Shown here piece after piece: positions 1-13,729 of a stretch of 56,704 nucleotides of DNA. The DNA comes from Atractiella rhizophila (Eukaryota). The notes beneath the pieces are model-generated. The model was not told where the DNA came from. It saw nothing but the letters and a program-made list of their open reading frames with translations, and did not search any database. The position numbers were made by a program, and so were the translations under genes. The stretch covers positions 124,001-180,704 of the forward strand of contig MU271189.1 in NCBI GenBank assembly GCA_021432655.1, read 5' to 3'. The first letter of the stretch is position 1. Every line of letters begins with the position of its first letter.

Positions 1-192
1 GCCCTGTTATCCCTGACCCGAATCTCTGCTCGTTTCCTTGACTGCTCCAGATGGAAATCGTCCTCTTTGTTCAGCCACTCCTCCACTAGTGCTGATTCCG
101 CTAAAGCTGCCATCCGCATCGATTCTTCTTCCGCAGCGGCAGCGGCCGCCTCACGCTCCTCTCGTCGTTGGGGCTAGACGTGCTAGTTCTTC
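1..192 (-). CDS. CACTIN: Cactin (spliceosomal factor), internal exon running off the window start
   Basis: Minus strand reads EELARLA/QRREEREAAAAAAEEESMRMAALAESALVEEWLNKEDDFHLEQSRKRAEIRVRDNRA, resembling the cactin mid-region motif (W..KEDDFHLEQ..R..IR.R..RA). Preceded by a CTGAC...CAG intron end. One extra G in the run near 170 breaks the frame (possible sequencing error). Upstream exons not seen. Confidence 0.7.
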
Positions 193-468
193 CTGTATTG
201 AGGTATATGTCAGTATTCGTTATTCCATGTTGAAATGAGGAAAACATTGTGTGCGAGCATAATCATGGAGGTAGTGACGACACATTACTCAATGCTGTAC
301 ACGAAGAGAGTCAACATGGCTAATATAGCAAGCTTGCTAGGCACCTGTTTCGATTTGTGAAGTGACAACTCAAAGAATCCGCAAGCACATTCGCCATGGA
401 TAGGTTGAACGGGCAATAAACTAATTAGTGCGGGTGGAAGGTAGCTGCAGCAACAAGGCAGTAGCGTA

Positions 469-1188
469 NNNNNNNNNNNNNNNNNNNNNNNNNNNNNNNN
501 NNNNNNNNNNNNNNNNNNNNNNNNNNNNNNNNNNNNNNNNNNNNNNNNNNNNNNNNNNNNNNNNNNNNNNNNNNNNNNNNNNNNNNNNNNNNNNNNNNNN
601 NNNNNNNNNNNNNNNNNNNNNNNNNNNNNNNNNNNNNNNNNNNNNNNNNNNNNNNNNNNNNNNNNNNNNNNNNNNNNNNNNNNNNNNNNNNNNNNNNNNN
701 NNNNNNNNNNNNNNNNNNNNNNNNNNNNNNNNNNNNNNNNNNNNNNNNNNNNNNNNNNNNNNNNNNNNNNNNNNNNNNNNNNNNNNNNNNNNNNNNNNNN
801 NNNNNNNNNNNNNNNNNNNNNNNNNNNNNNNNNNNNNNNNNNNNNNNNNNNNNNNNNNNNNNNNNNNNNNNNNNNNNNNNNNNNNNNNNNNNNNNNNNNN
901 NNNNNNNNNNNNNNNNNNNNNNNNNNNNNNNNNNNNNNNNNNNNNNNNNNNNNNNNNNNNNNNNNNNNNNNNNNNNNNNNNNNNNNNNNNNNNNNNNNNN
1001 NNNNNNNNNNNNNNNNNNNNNNNNNNNNNNNNNNNNNNNNNNNNNNNNNNNNNNNNNNNNNNNNNNNNNNNNNNNNNNNNNNNNNNNNNNNNNNNNNNNN
1101 NNNNNNNNNNNNNNNNNNNNNNNNNNNNNNNNNNNNNNNNNNNNNNNNNNNNNNNNNNNNNNNNNNNNNNNNNNNNNNNNNNNNNNNT
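469..1188. other. Assembly gap (N run)
   Basis: Run of n. Confidence 1.
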
Positions 1189-1569
1189 GAGGTTGGTGGC
1201 GAGGAGTCCGATCGGAATGGTAATCAGTTCTTGCTGTCAGAACTAGAATGCAATCCCATAATAATGGCTGATTTACTGAATGTTGTCACTGGTGTCTTCT
1301 ACCCTGACCCATTGTACTGCTCAGTTCCTAGCTCCTCAGAATCGACGACAGTAGTGTTGCAATTTTTCTTGGATTTCTGATGCTCTGGAGCGGGTGGTGC
1401 AACAGCTCTTCCTGTCGGAGCCTTCAGCGGCTCTCCCAACGTTGCAATAGACCAACACTCCAGTACTAGGATAGTCACCCGGTGTGCTGCTTTGTCCGTC
1501 TCGTTTCTACCCTTTTTACGCCATTGTTTATCTGAGTTGTACAAGATCAACTTGAAAGCTTCGTCCCCT

Positions 1570-1687
1570 CACAGGGGAGAGGCAAGTTTGCTCTCGCTTG
1601 AGTTGATATGCGCACAGAGCGGGGCAGGTTAAAAATTAGAGGTAGGATCGCAACTGTTAGCGTCAGCAAAGAGAGATGGAGTTCTGA
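1570..1687 (+). pseudogene. Degenerate 3' remnant of a PhzF/PBLD-like gene
   Basis: ...actgttagcgtcagcaaagagagatggagttctga matches the 3' end (TVSKGEMEF*) of the intact gene at 9258-10377, with indels. Confidence 0.6.
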
Positions 1688-2221
1688 TTCCTGATTCCTA
1701 TCTAGCTCGTCTACGACTAAAGCTGAACATCTAATGGCGCTTCTTCTGTGAAAGACCAACCGTCAAAACCTTTTCGAGCGTAGTCATGCTATCAGCTCAC
1801 GTCCGTATCGGAAGTATTTCTGCCAAATCAATCCGCTTCATGTCATGGACCAACTGTCATATATTTCTTCAATGTAATCCAGCTTTTGGTCTTGCTGAAT
1901 CAAACGCCGATCATTTCACGAAACAACCGTCATCAAATGACCTCAAACTCAATGGTGCCACCGCAAGCTATCTTTGAACCGCCAGAGCCCTTCAATAAGT
2001 CTTGATGATGTCCGTCGTAGTTTCCATCCAGAATGAACACATACTTATACCACAATGGCCCACACTTATTCAGTCGACTAACAAAATCAACGCTTAACTT
2101 ATTTTTACTTCTATAGACGTGGACATCTTATCATTGACTTGCTCTACTTAATACGATTACATCCACCGGGAGCTCACTTGATCCACCTGCTCCCGATTCA
2201 GGTCGCCGTCGTGACCTGCCG

Positions 2222-2268
2222 CAAGTGGAGGTTGCCCTCCACTTGTGCAATTGACTTCCTCTATAAAA
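2222..2268 (+). promoter_or_regulatory. Perfect 10-bp-arm inverted repeat CAAGTGGAGG-ttgc-CCTCCACTTG followed by a TATAAAA box, upstream of AKR copy 1
   Basis: Seen at 2222-2245 and 2262-2268. The repeat is conserved in the paralogous promoter inside the mirrored segment (3854-3875). Confidence 0.55.
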
Positions 2269-2348
2269 GCTAGGGGCGACCCGCAGAGTTGCACCAACAT
2301 CGACACTTCATCACTTTGAGGAAATTTTCGGAAGTAACATCAAATGAA

Positions 2349-2759
2349 ATGGTGCAACCAAAGACGGAGCTTAAAGTTGTGATGGTACGATTCGGCGATA
2401 CTTTCTGTCACTAGCTAACTTGACATTCGACAGGGCGCCGTAGGCCTCCTCAGCTTTCTTTAAAATATCGAGCATGCGCTGATAAATGCAACAAGATGAC
2501 GTTCGGGGAGGAAGGGAGGGAGCAAGCAAGAGTGCATGATCTGAAAGAAGTCGAAAACATTCTCGACATCTTTCAGTCATTTGGGCACACGTCTGTCTTT
2601 TGCTAATCTATCGTCGCGTATTAATTGTGATGGCACTATTCTCAGGGAAGTGGATACCGCGCGAGTGTAAGAGCGGCCATCAGATTTAAGTCCTTGCACT
2701 TACTTGCTTGTTTTGACGACAGATATTGTGGAGGGACATCCGGTTTGTCCTTCTCCTCT
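2349..2759 (+). CDS. Aldo-keto reductase (aflatoxin B1 aldehyde reductase/AKR7-like) copy 1, 5' exons; continues into the gap
   Basis: Exons MVQPKTELKVVM | GA (6 nt) | MTFGEEGREQARVHDLKEVENILDIFQSFGH | EVDTARV | YCGGTS; same exon structure as copies 2 and 3. Its 3' end lies at 5198-5385 in mirror orientation. Confidence 0.9.
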
Positions 2760-3661
2760 NNNNNNNNNNNNNNNNNNNNNNNNNNNNNNNNNNNNNNNNN
2801 NNNNNNNNNNNNNNNNNNNNNNNNNNNNNNNNNNNNNNNNNNNNNNNNNNNNNNNNNNNNNNNNNNNNNNNNNNNNNNNNNNNNNNNNNNNNNNNNNNNN
2901 NNNNNNNNNNNNNNNNNNNNNNNNNNNNNNNNNNNNNNNNNNNNNNNNNNNNNNNNNNNNNNNNNNNNNNNNNNNNNNNNNNNNNNNNNNNNNNNNNNNN
3001 NNNNNNNNNNNNNNNNNNNNNNNNNNNNNNNNNNNNNNNNNNNNNNNNNNNNNNNNNNNNNNNNNNNNNNNNNNNNNNNNNNNNNNNNNNNNNNNNNNNN
3101 NNNNNNNNNNNNNNNNNNNNNNNNNNNNNNNNNNNNNNNNNNNNNNNNNNNNNNNNNNNNNNNNNNNNNNNNNNNNNNNNNNNNNNNNNNNNNNNNNNNN
3201 NNNNNNNNNNNNNNNNNNNNNNNNNNNNNNNNNNNNNNNNNNNNNNNNNNNNNNNNNNNNNNNNNNNNNNNNNNNNNNNNNNNNNNNNNNNNNNNNNNNN
3301 NNNNNNNNNNNNNNNNNNNNNNNNNNNNNNNNNNNNNNNNNNNNNNNNNNNNNNNNNNNNNNNNNNNNNNNNNNNNNNNNNNNNNNNNNNNNNNNNNNNN
3401 NNNNNNNNNNNNNNNNNNNNNNNNNNNNNNNNNNNNNNNNNNNNNNNNNNNNNNNNNNNNNNNNNNNNNNNNNNNNNNNNNNNNNNNNNNNNNNNNNNNN
3501 NNNNNNNNNNNNNNNNNNNNNNNNNNNNNNNNNNNNNNNNNNNNNNNNNNNNNNNNNNNNNNNNNNNNNNNNNNNNNNNNNNNNNNNNNNNNNNNNNNNN
3601 NNNNNNNNNNNNNNNNNNNNNNNNNNNNNNNNNNNNNNNNNNNNNNNNNNNNNNNNNNNNN
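2760..3661. other. Assembly gap (902 N)
   Basis: Run of n. Confidence 1.
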
Positions 3662-5385
3662 CTGCTTCTTTTTCTCGTAGCTCTGCGTGGTAGTGTTGAA
3701 ACTCGAGTCTGAAACCAACGTGGTAAAGTGAAATTTGAATAGAAAACCCTTTAAGGAAGCCCCCCAACTACTCTCCTCACCGACTCTCTTTGAACGCACG
3801 TCGCGAGTCGAAAAATACTCCCTACTACAGCCAAACGTAGTCAGTCTAACGTGTTCACCTCCCGTCGGAGGTGAAGCGACTGAAGCCGCTGGACTGCTAG
3901 CCCTCGTCCACCTAGCTTAGCTGAGGCCCACCTACATAATAACCCTCTACGTGTTGACCTCAACCCCTCACCAGCACGTAACTAATTGATAGCCGCCGAT
4001 GTCATTAATCGTCGTATCCTTTTGACTACCCACGGTAGTACTGTATAACTTGCTAGACCACCAGGTTTATATCCTTCGTTACAGTCCTAACGCCCACTCT
4101 TGTGAAAACTAAACAACGAAGAACTGTACTTTCACATGAGCTAAGCCATACTTGGGCAAGCAAGCCTTTTTTCTTGCTAACGTAACCCTTTCCAAACTTT
4201 TAAACTGTCACCAAGTACTGTAATTCGGATAAACTGTATCGTTCGATCGATACTATAGTCCGTAGTCTTGAGGTAGAGTTTATCAGTGCGAGAATGGGTC
4301 TAGAAACTTGAGAACCAAACGTAATAGTAGCAGACCGGCTTACAGATACACAAGTCGCAGCATTTCTCTGACTAACTTAGAAACTAGACGTTATCTTCGA
4401 ATGCTATCTTATTCGTAATGGCACTTGCTCATCTCTGCTCTCTGTGTGGTTCGTAGCACGCGCAAGCGGAACAATGAGGTGAGATTACACTCCTTTGCTT
4501 TGCGTGTAAGGGCAGACTCGACGAGGTCTCACGAGTTGTGTTGTAGTATAAAACTTCAAGACTTCTAACACCTTGGTCAGAATAGCTGTGTACCGGAGTG
4601 CTACGGGCTCTGTCGCAACGCAACCCAGTTGGTAGTAAGTGAAAACTTCTTTCTTATGCCGCTGCGTCAGTAGTATCCACCAAGGAGGCGGGTTGTATAG
4701 CTTGTTTAGAATTCCTAAACCTCTTCCCTGGAGACGGGCTTGTCCATCACTTCCGCGACCTAGTCCGTACCCTCTAAACGTTCGGACAACGCCGGTTCAT
4801 AATAGTAATTTAGCACTTTACATGTATGGCGCAGTAACATTTGCTAACAATGAAGTAATTGAAGCTCGACATCTACACGTCCATCGGATCATTGATATCA
4901 GATCGGGGTAATGAGCTGTTGTAAGCGTGACTGATAGTGCTTAACAGCGTCGAACTAGACCAGTTCTTCGGCGGTAACCTGCTTTTGCGATCTACATGAA
5001 GCGTCGCTAACTCAGAGGTACTGGACTGCGAAGAATCCATCGATATTTCGAAAGTCGATAAGTCTAGGTCTTCCGCGTTCGCAAAGAGAAGTCTTTAAAC
5101 GATCATGTCGTCACAGCGTCGAGCCCTTTCTTCGCCCTTCACTGAGAGGAACTAGTTATAAACAAATGTAACAAGTGTTAGCCATGTAGCAGTGATCGAT
5201 GACTTTTATAAATCGACGTCGACCGGGATGTCTATAGGGTTCGGACTAGATTGCGGAAGTGATGTAGTAGCCCGTCCCCAGGGAAGAGGTTTAGGAACTC
5301 TAAGACAAGTTACACAAACCACCTCCTTCGCGGCTACTAGTGGCGTAGTGGTACAAGAGAGAAGTAGTCGCTTACCACCGACTGG
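3662..5385. other. Segment written in reverse order without complementation (mirror sequence). Contains the AKR copy 1 3' end, a convergent AKR 3' fragment, a PhzF remnant, and the AKR copy 2 promoter and exon 1
   Basis: Read right-to-left without complementing: 5384-5198 gives VSHHSLMKREHGDAVIIGASSTKHIEQNLKDLEKGPLPDDVVKALDQAWDIC, and 3725-3690 gives MVQPKSELKVVM followed by a GTGCGT donor. The complement of about 4545-4810 read left-to-right gives YFEVLKIVEPVLSTHGLTMPETALRWVNHHSLLKKEYGDAVIIG...KPVAAKYYH*. Confidence 0.95.
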
Positions 5386-5418
5386 CTGACCTGAGGCTGA
5401 CCTGAGGCGGGTTTATAG

Positions 5419-6849
5419 GGTGCGGTAGGACTTCTCTGATCGACCTACTGAACATGTGCTAATGGACCTACCAAGATGACCTTCGGGGAAGAAGGGAAGG
5501 AGCAAGCAAGGGTACACAACCTGAAAGAAGTCGAAAATATCCTTGACATCTTCCAGTCGTTTGGACATGCGTTCGTAATTCACTTCACCAATTGTCGGTG
5601 CGATATTTATTGCGATTGGATTCTTTCAGGGAAGTGGACACCGCAAGAGTGTAAGAGCAGCTGTTGATTTTTAAGTGTTTGTCCTTACATGGATCTTCGG
5701 ACAATAGATATTGTGGAGGTACTTCTGGTTCGTCCCCGTCTTTCTCGTATTAAGCAACCGATTCAATAATATTTGACAGAGGAATACCTGGGCAAGATCG
5801 GCTGGCAAAAGCGCGGTTTGGTGATGGAGACCAAGGCACTTCTTTCCTCAGTTTCGCCCGACGAATGCAGATACTAACTCTCCTTTAGCTGTTTCCTATG
5901 AAGCCCATCGACCACACCGCAGCGAGCATCAGGAAACACTTTGAGGCATCGATGACCGCCTTGCAAGCAGACAAGATTGAGATGTTCTATCTACGTACAT
6001 CCTACTTTGCACTTCTTCGTCTCCAATGTGGAACTGAATGGAGTGTTGTATCTCAGACGCTCCGGATCGTAGCACACCTTTTGAGGAGACATTAGGAGCG
6101 ATCAATGAATTGCATAAACAGGGAAAGTTCAACAGGTTTGGGGTATCGAACTATATGGCGTGGGAGGTTGCAGAGATAGTCGGAATCTGCGAGAGGAACG
6201 GATGGGTCAAACCAACAGCTTATCAAGTGCGTGATTCCGTAGACCTTTTTATAATTTAACGCGAGCTCTTATTTGAAGGGAGTCTACAACGTACTTCAGC
6301 GGGTCGTCGAGCCTGAATTGTTCCCGTGTCTTGTGAGTTCTCTCCAATCCTTCTTGGACCAACTGAAGGAGAGAAAAGAGGAAATTCAACATCCAGTTCT
6401 ACGAGTTCAATCCCTGTCCGTTCCCCCATCTCACCCGATCTCACGCATGCTCACCATCTTTATGTTTAGTGGCGGGTGGATTTTTCTCGGGTGCTTACAA
6501 GTTAGCAGATGCACCAACCAGCGGTCGGTTCAGCGTAGAGACAAGACAAGGCAGCTTGTATCGTGCGAGGTATTGGAACGAGACATACTTCAAAGCTTTG
6601 GAGATCGTCGAACCTGTCATTTCGAGACATGGGCTCACAATGCCGGAGACGGCGCTTCGTTGGATCAGCCATCATTCACTCATGAATAAAGAACATGGTG
6701 ACGCTGTTATCATCGGTGCTTCATCCACCAAACACATTGAACAGAATCTCAAGGATTTGGAGAAGGGACCTCTACCCGAGGATGTAGTAAAAGCATTAGA
6801 TCAGGCTTGGGAAGTCTGTAGGCCTGTTGCAGCTAGATATTATCATTAG
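5419..6849 (+). CDS. Aldo-keto reductase (AKR7-like) copy 2; exon 1 is in the mirrored segment (3690-3725)
   Basis: Spliced motifs [93 protein letters not shown]; stop at 6849. Confidence 0.92.
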
Positions 6850-7230
6850 CCGGTGACGATGTACCGATTGTCAACCCTGTAAACAAAATTGATCAAGGAG
6901 AGTCACTCCCACTTCTTCCTAAGCCGGCACACTGCTTTACCAGCAAATTTCTGAAGAGAAACGTTCGCGCACCCCTGGATCTGAATAGCTGAAGCTTTAT
7001 GCCTACCTAAGTAGCGTCAGGTCATGGAGACTCAATAGGAGCGAAGTAGATCTAGCGTTTTCGTTCGATGGTGGCTCTTGACCAGATCAAGCTGCGACAA
7101 TTCGTGATAGTCAGTGTGAACGTTTTGTCGAGTAATGGAGCTAGACTAAAGTAGGCTAGCTGAACATCTACAGCTTGAAGTAAAAGAAGTAACAATCGTT
7201 TGCAGTGACGTAATATGTACATTTCACGAT

Positions 7231-8742
<1,512 letters not shown>

Positions 8743-9257
8743 TTTAGTTGATTGGCGTCAAAATCTCTTTCGAGGTGACGAGGTCGGCTTCGTAGTGGAT
8801 GAGAAACTGAGGTGTTGTGCACGCTTTGGACGATTGTTAGTCCACACCAGCCACTTGTAGAAGTGCAAAGCAACTGTGATAGCTTCAGCGAGACGGCAGT
8901 TAAAGTGAGTTGCGGGTGCCCGGAATTGCTGTTGTGTGGGTGGGAAGCTCGAAGGAGTGGGTCGAAAGTGCATCATGACTGGAATTGAAATAGTGTTGAA
9001 AGCTTGTGTTTTTTTGTTTTCAAAAGTGGGTGCATTTCAAAAGGCTTGAGATTGTGCGAGGTGCATGGTCGATCGCTCCATCATCACCCTCATCTGCGCA
9101 ATCTGAAAGATATTGACAGACGAGTGACATGATCACGATTTATGGAACGAGAAGAAGGAAGGTGGTCCAGAGAGGCAACTTGAAGACTGCGGTTGGGGTT
9201 GAGATCATTCGAAAGTTAGTTCTTGATAAGTTGCCTTTTGGTAACCTACATCAAAGC

Positions 9258-10377
9258 TCAGAACTCCATCTCTCCCTTGCTAACAGTCACGCTCTCTCCT
9301 CGAATCCTTACTCTGTCGCCGTCTTTGTTGCACACCAGCTCGAGCTTGCCACCGCGCGGCGACACCTGTTTTGCCTGCAATATCCCTCCGTCTCCGACGG
9401 GTATAGCCAGGTGTTGAGCTCCATGAGAGAACCAATATGGACCTTTATTCCCAACAGTTTACACATGATCTCAAAAAAAAAGAGTAGAGAGCAGAGGCGC
9501 ACCAAGCATCGCGTGGGCCGCTCCTGTTACTGGATCTTCATCTATTCCCGCGTTGGGAGCGAAGATACGGGAGTGGAAGTGTGTTCCATCTCCTCCGCTG
9601 GGGCAAGGAACCGTGATCGCTGTCAAGAATTTGCCTTCCACACCCTAGGACTTCCCATCAGCATGCTTTAGTCGCAACCGAAAAATGGAGGGAGCAGACT
9701 AGTTCCTTCTCAATCACTTTTACTCCTTCCAACTCAGTTCCCTCCTTCAGTCTCACGAGCCACGATCCATTCTGCCCCAAAGAACCAATGAGCACATCTT
9801 CCACGTTTTCTCCCATGCCTTTACTGGCGCGTTCTACGCTTTCTGTCACTAGTTTCTTGTCGTTTGAAGTAGTGGGGGAGACGGAGACGACAGGGAAGTC
9901 GAGCTCAATTTTGTTGCCGACTTTATGAGCGTAGAGCGTGCCCGAATAGACAGTCTCGAACTGGATGGAAGCCGCTTTGGAATGGACAGGTAGTGAGAAG
10001 ATGTAGTGCGCTGAGGCTAGGGTCGCGTCTGGGCAAGTGTGAAGAGATCAGTTTAGTGGAGGAGAGGACAAGAAGGAAAAACGTACGTCCGCATAGAGGG
10101 ACTTCAATGGTTGGCGTGAACCACCTCAACTGGAACTTCGGGTTATCATCCGTTCCACCTTCAAGAGGGAGGAGGAAAGCTGTCTCGGCCAAGTTAAATT
10201 CTCTTTGACAAAGTGTGCCTTCAGTTCTCGCATTGAAAGTAGTAGTGGCAAGTCTCACCTAGCAACTTTCTGCTTGGTATCATCCGGGATATCTTTTGAG
10301 AGCAAGATCACAGAGGCTGGATTCCCGCTGAAAGGGGTGGAGGTGAAGGCGTCGATTACAGAGAAGGTAAGCTTCAT
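9258..10377 (-). CDS. PhzF/PBLD-like (diaminopimelate-epimerase fold) protein
   Basis: MKLTFSVIDAFTSTPFSGNPASV, EFNLAETAF, LRWFTPTIEVPLCGHATL, EDPVTGAAHAMLGPYW, AKQVSPRGGKLEL, TVSKGEMEF*. Confidence 0.9.
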
Positions 10378-11086
10378 CGTTTCCTTGACGCTTGACAGGA
10401 AGCAGTTTGGTTGACGAAGAGCAGGAAGACACTTGTGCGTCAAATTGGGCGGATGGCATATCCTCACGCCTTTATATACATCTACAATGGATTATGTGGG
10501 CAGAGCTGAGTCAGGCCACGGAAGATGTGGCATGGCATGTGGCTCGACGGGAAACGGGAAGCCAATAGTTGCGCTGTCCGCTTACTAGGTTTGTTAAACT
10601 TCACGATTGCGATAATTGCAGCGCGGTAGGTAGACGCTTTCCCTTTACATCTGAGCGTCTCGCCTCTCCTGTAACTCGAATAAAGTAGTATCACGTGCAG
10701 CAACCACATTTCCTCTGTACTCTACGTCCACAAGCGAGAAGCTCGTCATTAAAGCGTGTTGTTGTTACGCTCTCCTTTAAAATCGAGCTGAATTTTGCTG
10801 GATAGATGATGGGATGACCCCCGGTGACATTACAACCCCTAGCAGGTGTTCAGCCTCAACGCTTCATGCCATGCACTTCCGCAATATAAGCAAGATGTCA
10901 ATATCTCGCCCAAGTGGTGTTGCGTGGTCTTAGGTTATTGGGAGGCATATGAAAGTGGGAAGAGCAGGAGGCTAGTATCTAGACAGGGTGACGTTGCGCG
11001 GCAACAGGGCATTGAGGCGAATATAAGAAGAGCAGAAGAAGTACACTTTTTCCATCAGTTTCTTCTTCCACCCCTCCAGTCACAAT

Positions 11087-11543
11087 ATGGTTAAAATAGT
11101 CGGTCTCATTCCAACCTTCGCTCTTGCGATCCTAACTTCTGCCAGTCCGTTGGTAAAGCGCGACTGCACTGGCGCTCAACCATGTTTCAGGCACTTGGGT
11201 CGGTGGACTGCAGAGTGGGAAGTATTGCACTGCCAAATTGGCTGATACTCCGTGGCCAAAAGAGAAAAAACTCCGATCTTTACAGTCCTTGCAAGGCTCT
11301 ACAATTCATGTTTTCGTTTAGAGCTCAGGTTCTTCGGTTTGGATTTGGGTCGTAGGATTTGAAGCCTGCGAAGAGGTTACGAATTTCGGAAACTACATCG
11401 GGACGTCCACGTTTGCCCCAGAATATAATGCCGCGTACAGCTACGGGCAGACAGCAATCACAATCTCTGCTCCTGACGATATCGACTCTGGCAATTGGCA
11501 ACCCATAGAGTACCACATCCCACGACACATTGGACTACGATGA
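11087..11543 (+). CDS. Candidate small secreted cysteine-containing protein
   Basis: TATA-like ATATAAG at about 11021; MVKIVGLIPTFALAILTSA-SPLVKR-DCTGAQPCF (signal peptide plus Kex2-like KR); downstream open exon at about 11321-11543. Splicing unresolved. Confidence 0.55.
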
Positions 11544-12132
11544 ATTCCTCCCTAACCGCGGCGGGAAACTATTATTGACGTATTAAGTGCATGCTCGGGT
11601 ATAGCAGCAGGTGAGTGTTTAGGCACGAGTCAGGCAAGTCTTAACAACGAATAGGTGCCATTCTGAAGAAGGAGAATGTGCACTGGATTATTCAATTATT
11701 CCTGCAATGTATACAGCCTCTGAGTACAATTCGTACATTGTGCTCAAGCCTGACAGGTATGCCTTGAACTGGATTAAGGCGAAAAAATACTCACAGTTGA
11801 GGCATTCATCCTTTTACAAGATCCTTCCACCAGTGTCAATCCTCTCGGTTGTCTTCTCTTGTTCAAACTATCGAGGCCATTTTCTCCGTGAGAGACACAT
11901 TTGAAGCCCAAAAGCTCTGAAGCAGCCGACCCATCAGCTTCAAAACGTTGAGCCCTGTTCTCCCTTTAAACGCGTGAAGGACGAAATGTGGACATCAATG
12001 GAATAAGCTTCGGCCCGTTTCTGGTCGGGGTGAAGCAACACGACATTGCGCGTCCTCTCCAAACACAAATTGCCCAACAGCCACTCCAGCTCAGGACTTA
12101 TTACCTGAGTGTCAGTGCCATCAAGCGAAACA

Positions 12133-13434
12133 ATGGACGCAATCGTGTCTCGCTTCTCCTCCTCACCCTCCCTCGCATCCTCCTCCAAGTCCTCCCTCGA
12201 CTCCAACGATCACGATGACTGCTACGCTCTTCCACTGACCAAGCACTCCAAGCTTCTCGCGCCATCGTTCGAAGTGCCCAACGTTGCATCTGTACGTCTC
12301 CTCTCATCCTAGCTTACTAGCTGGATGTCGAATGTGGGTGGTGAGCTGATGTTCTGCCATGGCGCAGCCTGCTGCTTGGCTAGCTGCACAAACGTCCAAC
12401 GAGAGCCCAGACGCGAAAATCAAGATAAAACACGGAACTACCACTCTGGCTTTCTTGTATCAAGGCGGGATCATCGTTTGTGTGGATTCGAGGGCGACGG
12501 CAGGGTCCTACATTGGTTCGTGTTCTCCTCCTTCCTTCTTTCTATTCTACGTGATATTCGACCCCCATTGGGCTTATATCATGTCTTTGCCTCCGTTTGA
12601 GTTGGACTCTTTCTAATGACCATTCTTGGAACAGCAAGCGGCACGGTGAAGAAAGTCATCGAGATTAACCCATATCTGCTGGGCACCATGGCAGGAGGAG
12701 CCGCAGACTGCCAGTACTGGGTACGTTCCGCTTCTTAGTTTTCGACTGTCAAAGAACACGCGAGTAACGTCGTTGCTTTTGTTCCAGGAAACGTATTTGG
12801 GCATCCAATGCCGACTTCACGAATTAAGGAACAAGGAACGAATCTCGGTGAGCGCGGCAAGCAAATATCTGTCCAACTTGGTGTATGGATACAAAGGGAT
12901 GGGATTGAGCATGGTTCGTCCCTTCCTCTCCATCTCCATCCTTCCCACCATTCTCCTTCCCACCGACCCATAAACTTATGGATGCAATTCATGGGTACAG
13001 GGAACCATGATCTGCGGATACGACCGTCTAGGCCCTTCCATCTTCTACGTCGACTCAGATGGCCAACGGCTCAAGGGAAACCTTTTCTCCGTTGGGTCCG
13101 GAAGCACCTTCGCATACGGAGTGCTCGACCAGGGTTACCGTTTTGATCTGACGGATGAGGAGGCGATGGAGTTGGGGAGGAGGAGTATCTATGCTGCCGC
13201 TCATAGGGACGCGTTTTCGGGCAATAGTATCAATTTGTATGTGGTCAAAAAGGATGGGTGGAAGTTTATTGGTGCGTCTTCTTTGCTTTTTATCTTTGGA
13301 GGAATATGGTTTTGGATTATAGACAGAAACTGATTGTTGGGTGGTGGGCGGTAGATAACTATGATGTCGACAAACTTACGTATGAGGGTGGATATGGGTA
13401 TCAGCAACGCGTGGAAAAGGAGAAGAAAGAGTAA
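12133..13434 (+). CDS. PRE2: 20S proteasome subunit beta 5
   Basis: HG|TTTLAF processing site, [83 protein letters not shown]. Confidence 0.97.
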
Positions 13435-13729
13435 TGCAATGACAGTGCTTTGATTGAACCAGAACTTGTGAGCCCTACCATTTCCTCAAGTCGTAAACTG
13501 GGGTGTCGCATCGTCAACTACGGAAAGGAAATAATGCCGTACGTGGACGAAGAAGCGACGCGTTTTCAAAATTTCAAGCATCCTATTCTTCCGAGCTTCG
13601 ACGTTCCCAAGTTTCACAGCTTCACTTCTGAACGTGATATTGAATAAATCTCAGCTGTCCAATCCCCGCTTACGTGCATCACGGTGACTCCACACACTTT
13701 CATCATTTCCACCATAACCACCTTGGAAG

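Noticed and set aside
205..468. Gap-adjacent sequence with more TAG than GAT and no upstream cactin exon; might also be mirrored (likewise 1189-1500)
   Set aside because: No homolog found by eye in any reading, so it cannot be supported; needs an alignment of the reversed string to reads
428..3799. Long ORFs of 270-385 aa in the ORF track
   Set aside because: They are runs of X across N gaps
3662..5385. TAG/CTA-rich composition suggesting a RIP-mutated transposon
   Set aside because: Explained by mirror writing (GAT/ATC read backwards); the content is AKR locus sequence
4625..5385. Diverged inverted repeat (about 4625-4860 versus 5150-5385) resembling a foldback element or MITE
   Set aside because: It is the pair of convergent AKR 3' ends, equivalent to 6660-7420, in mirror form
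5385..5410. GCTGACCTGAG tandem resembling a sequencing adapter
   Set aside because: One copy is the natural branch-point region of AKR copy 2 intron 1; the second is best explained as junction duplication
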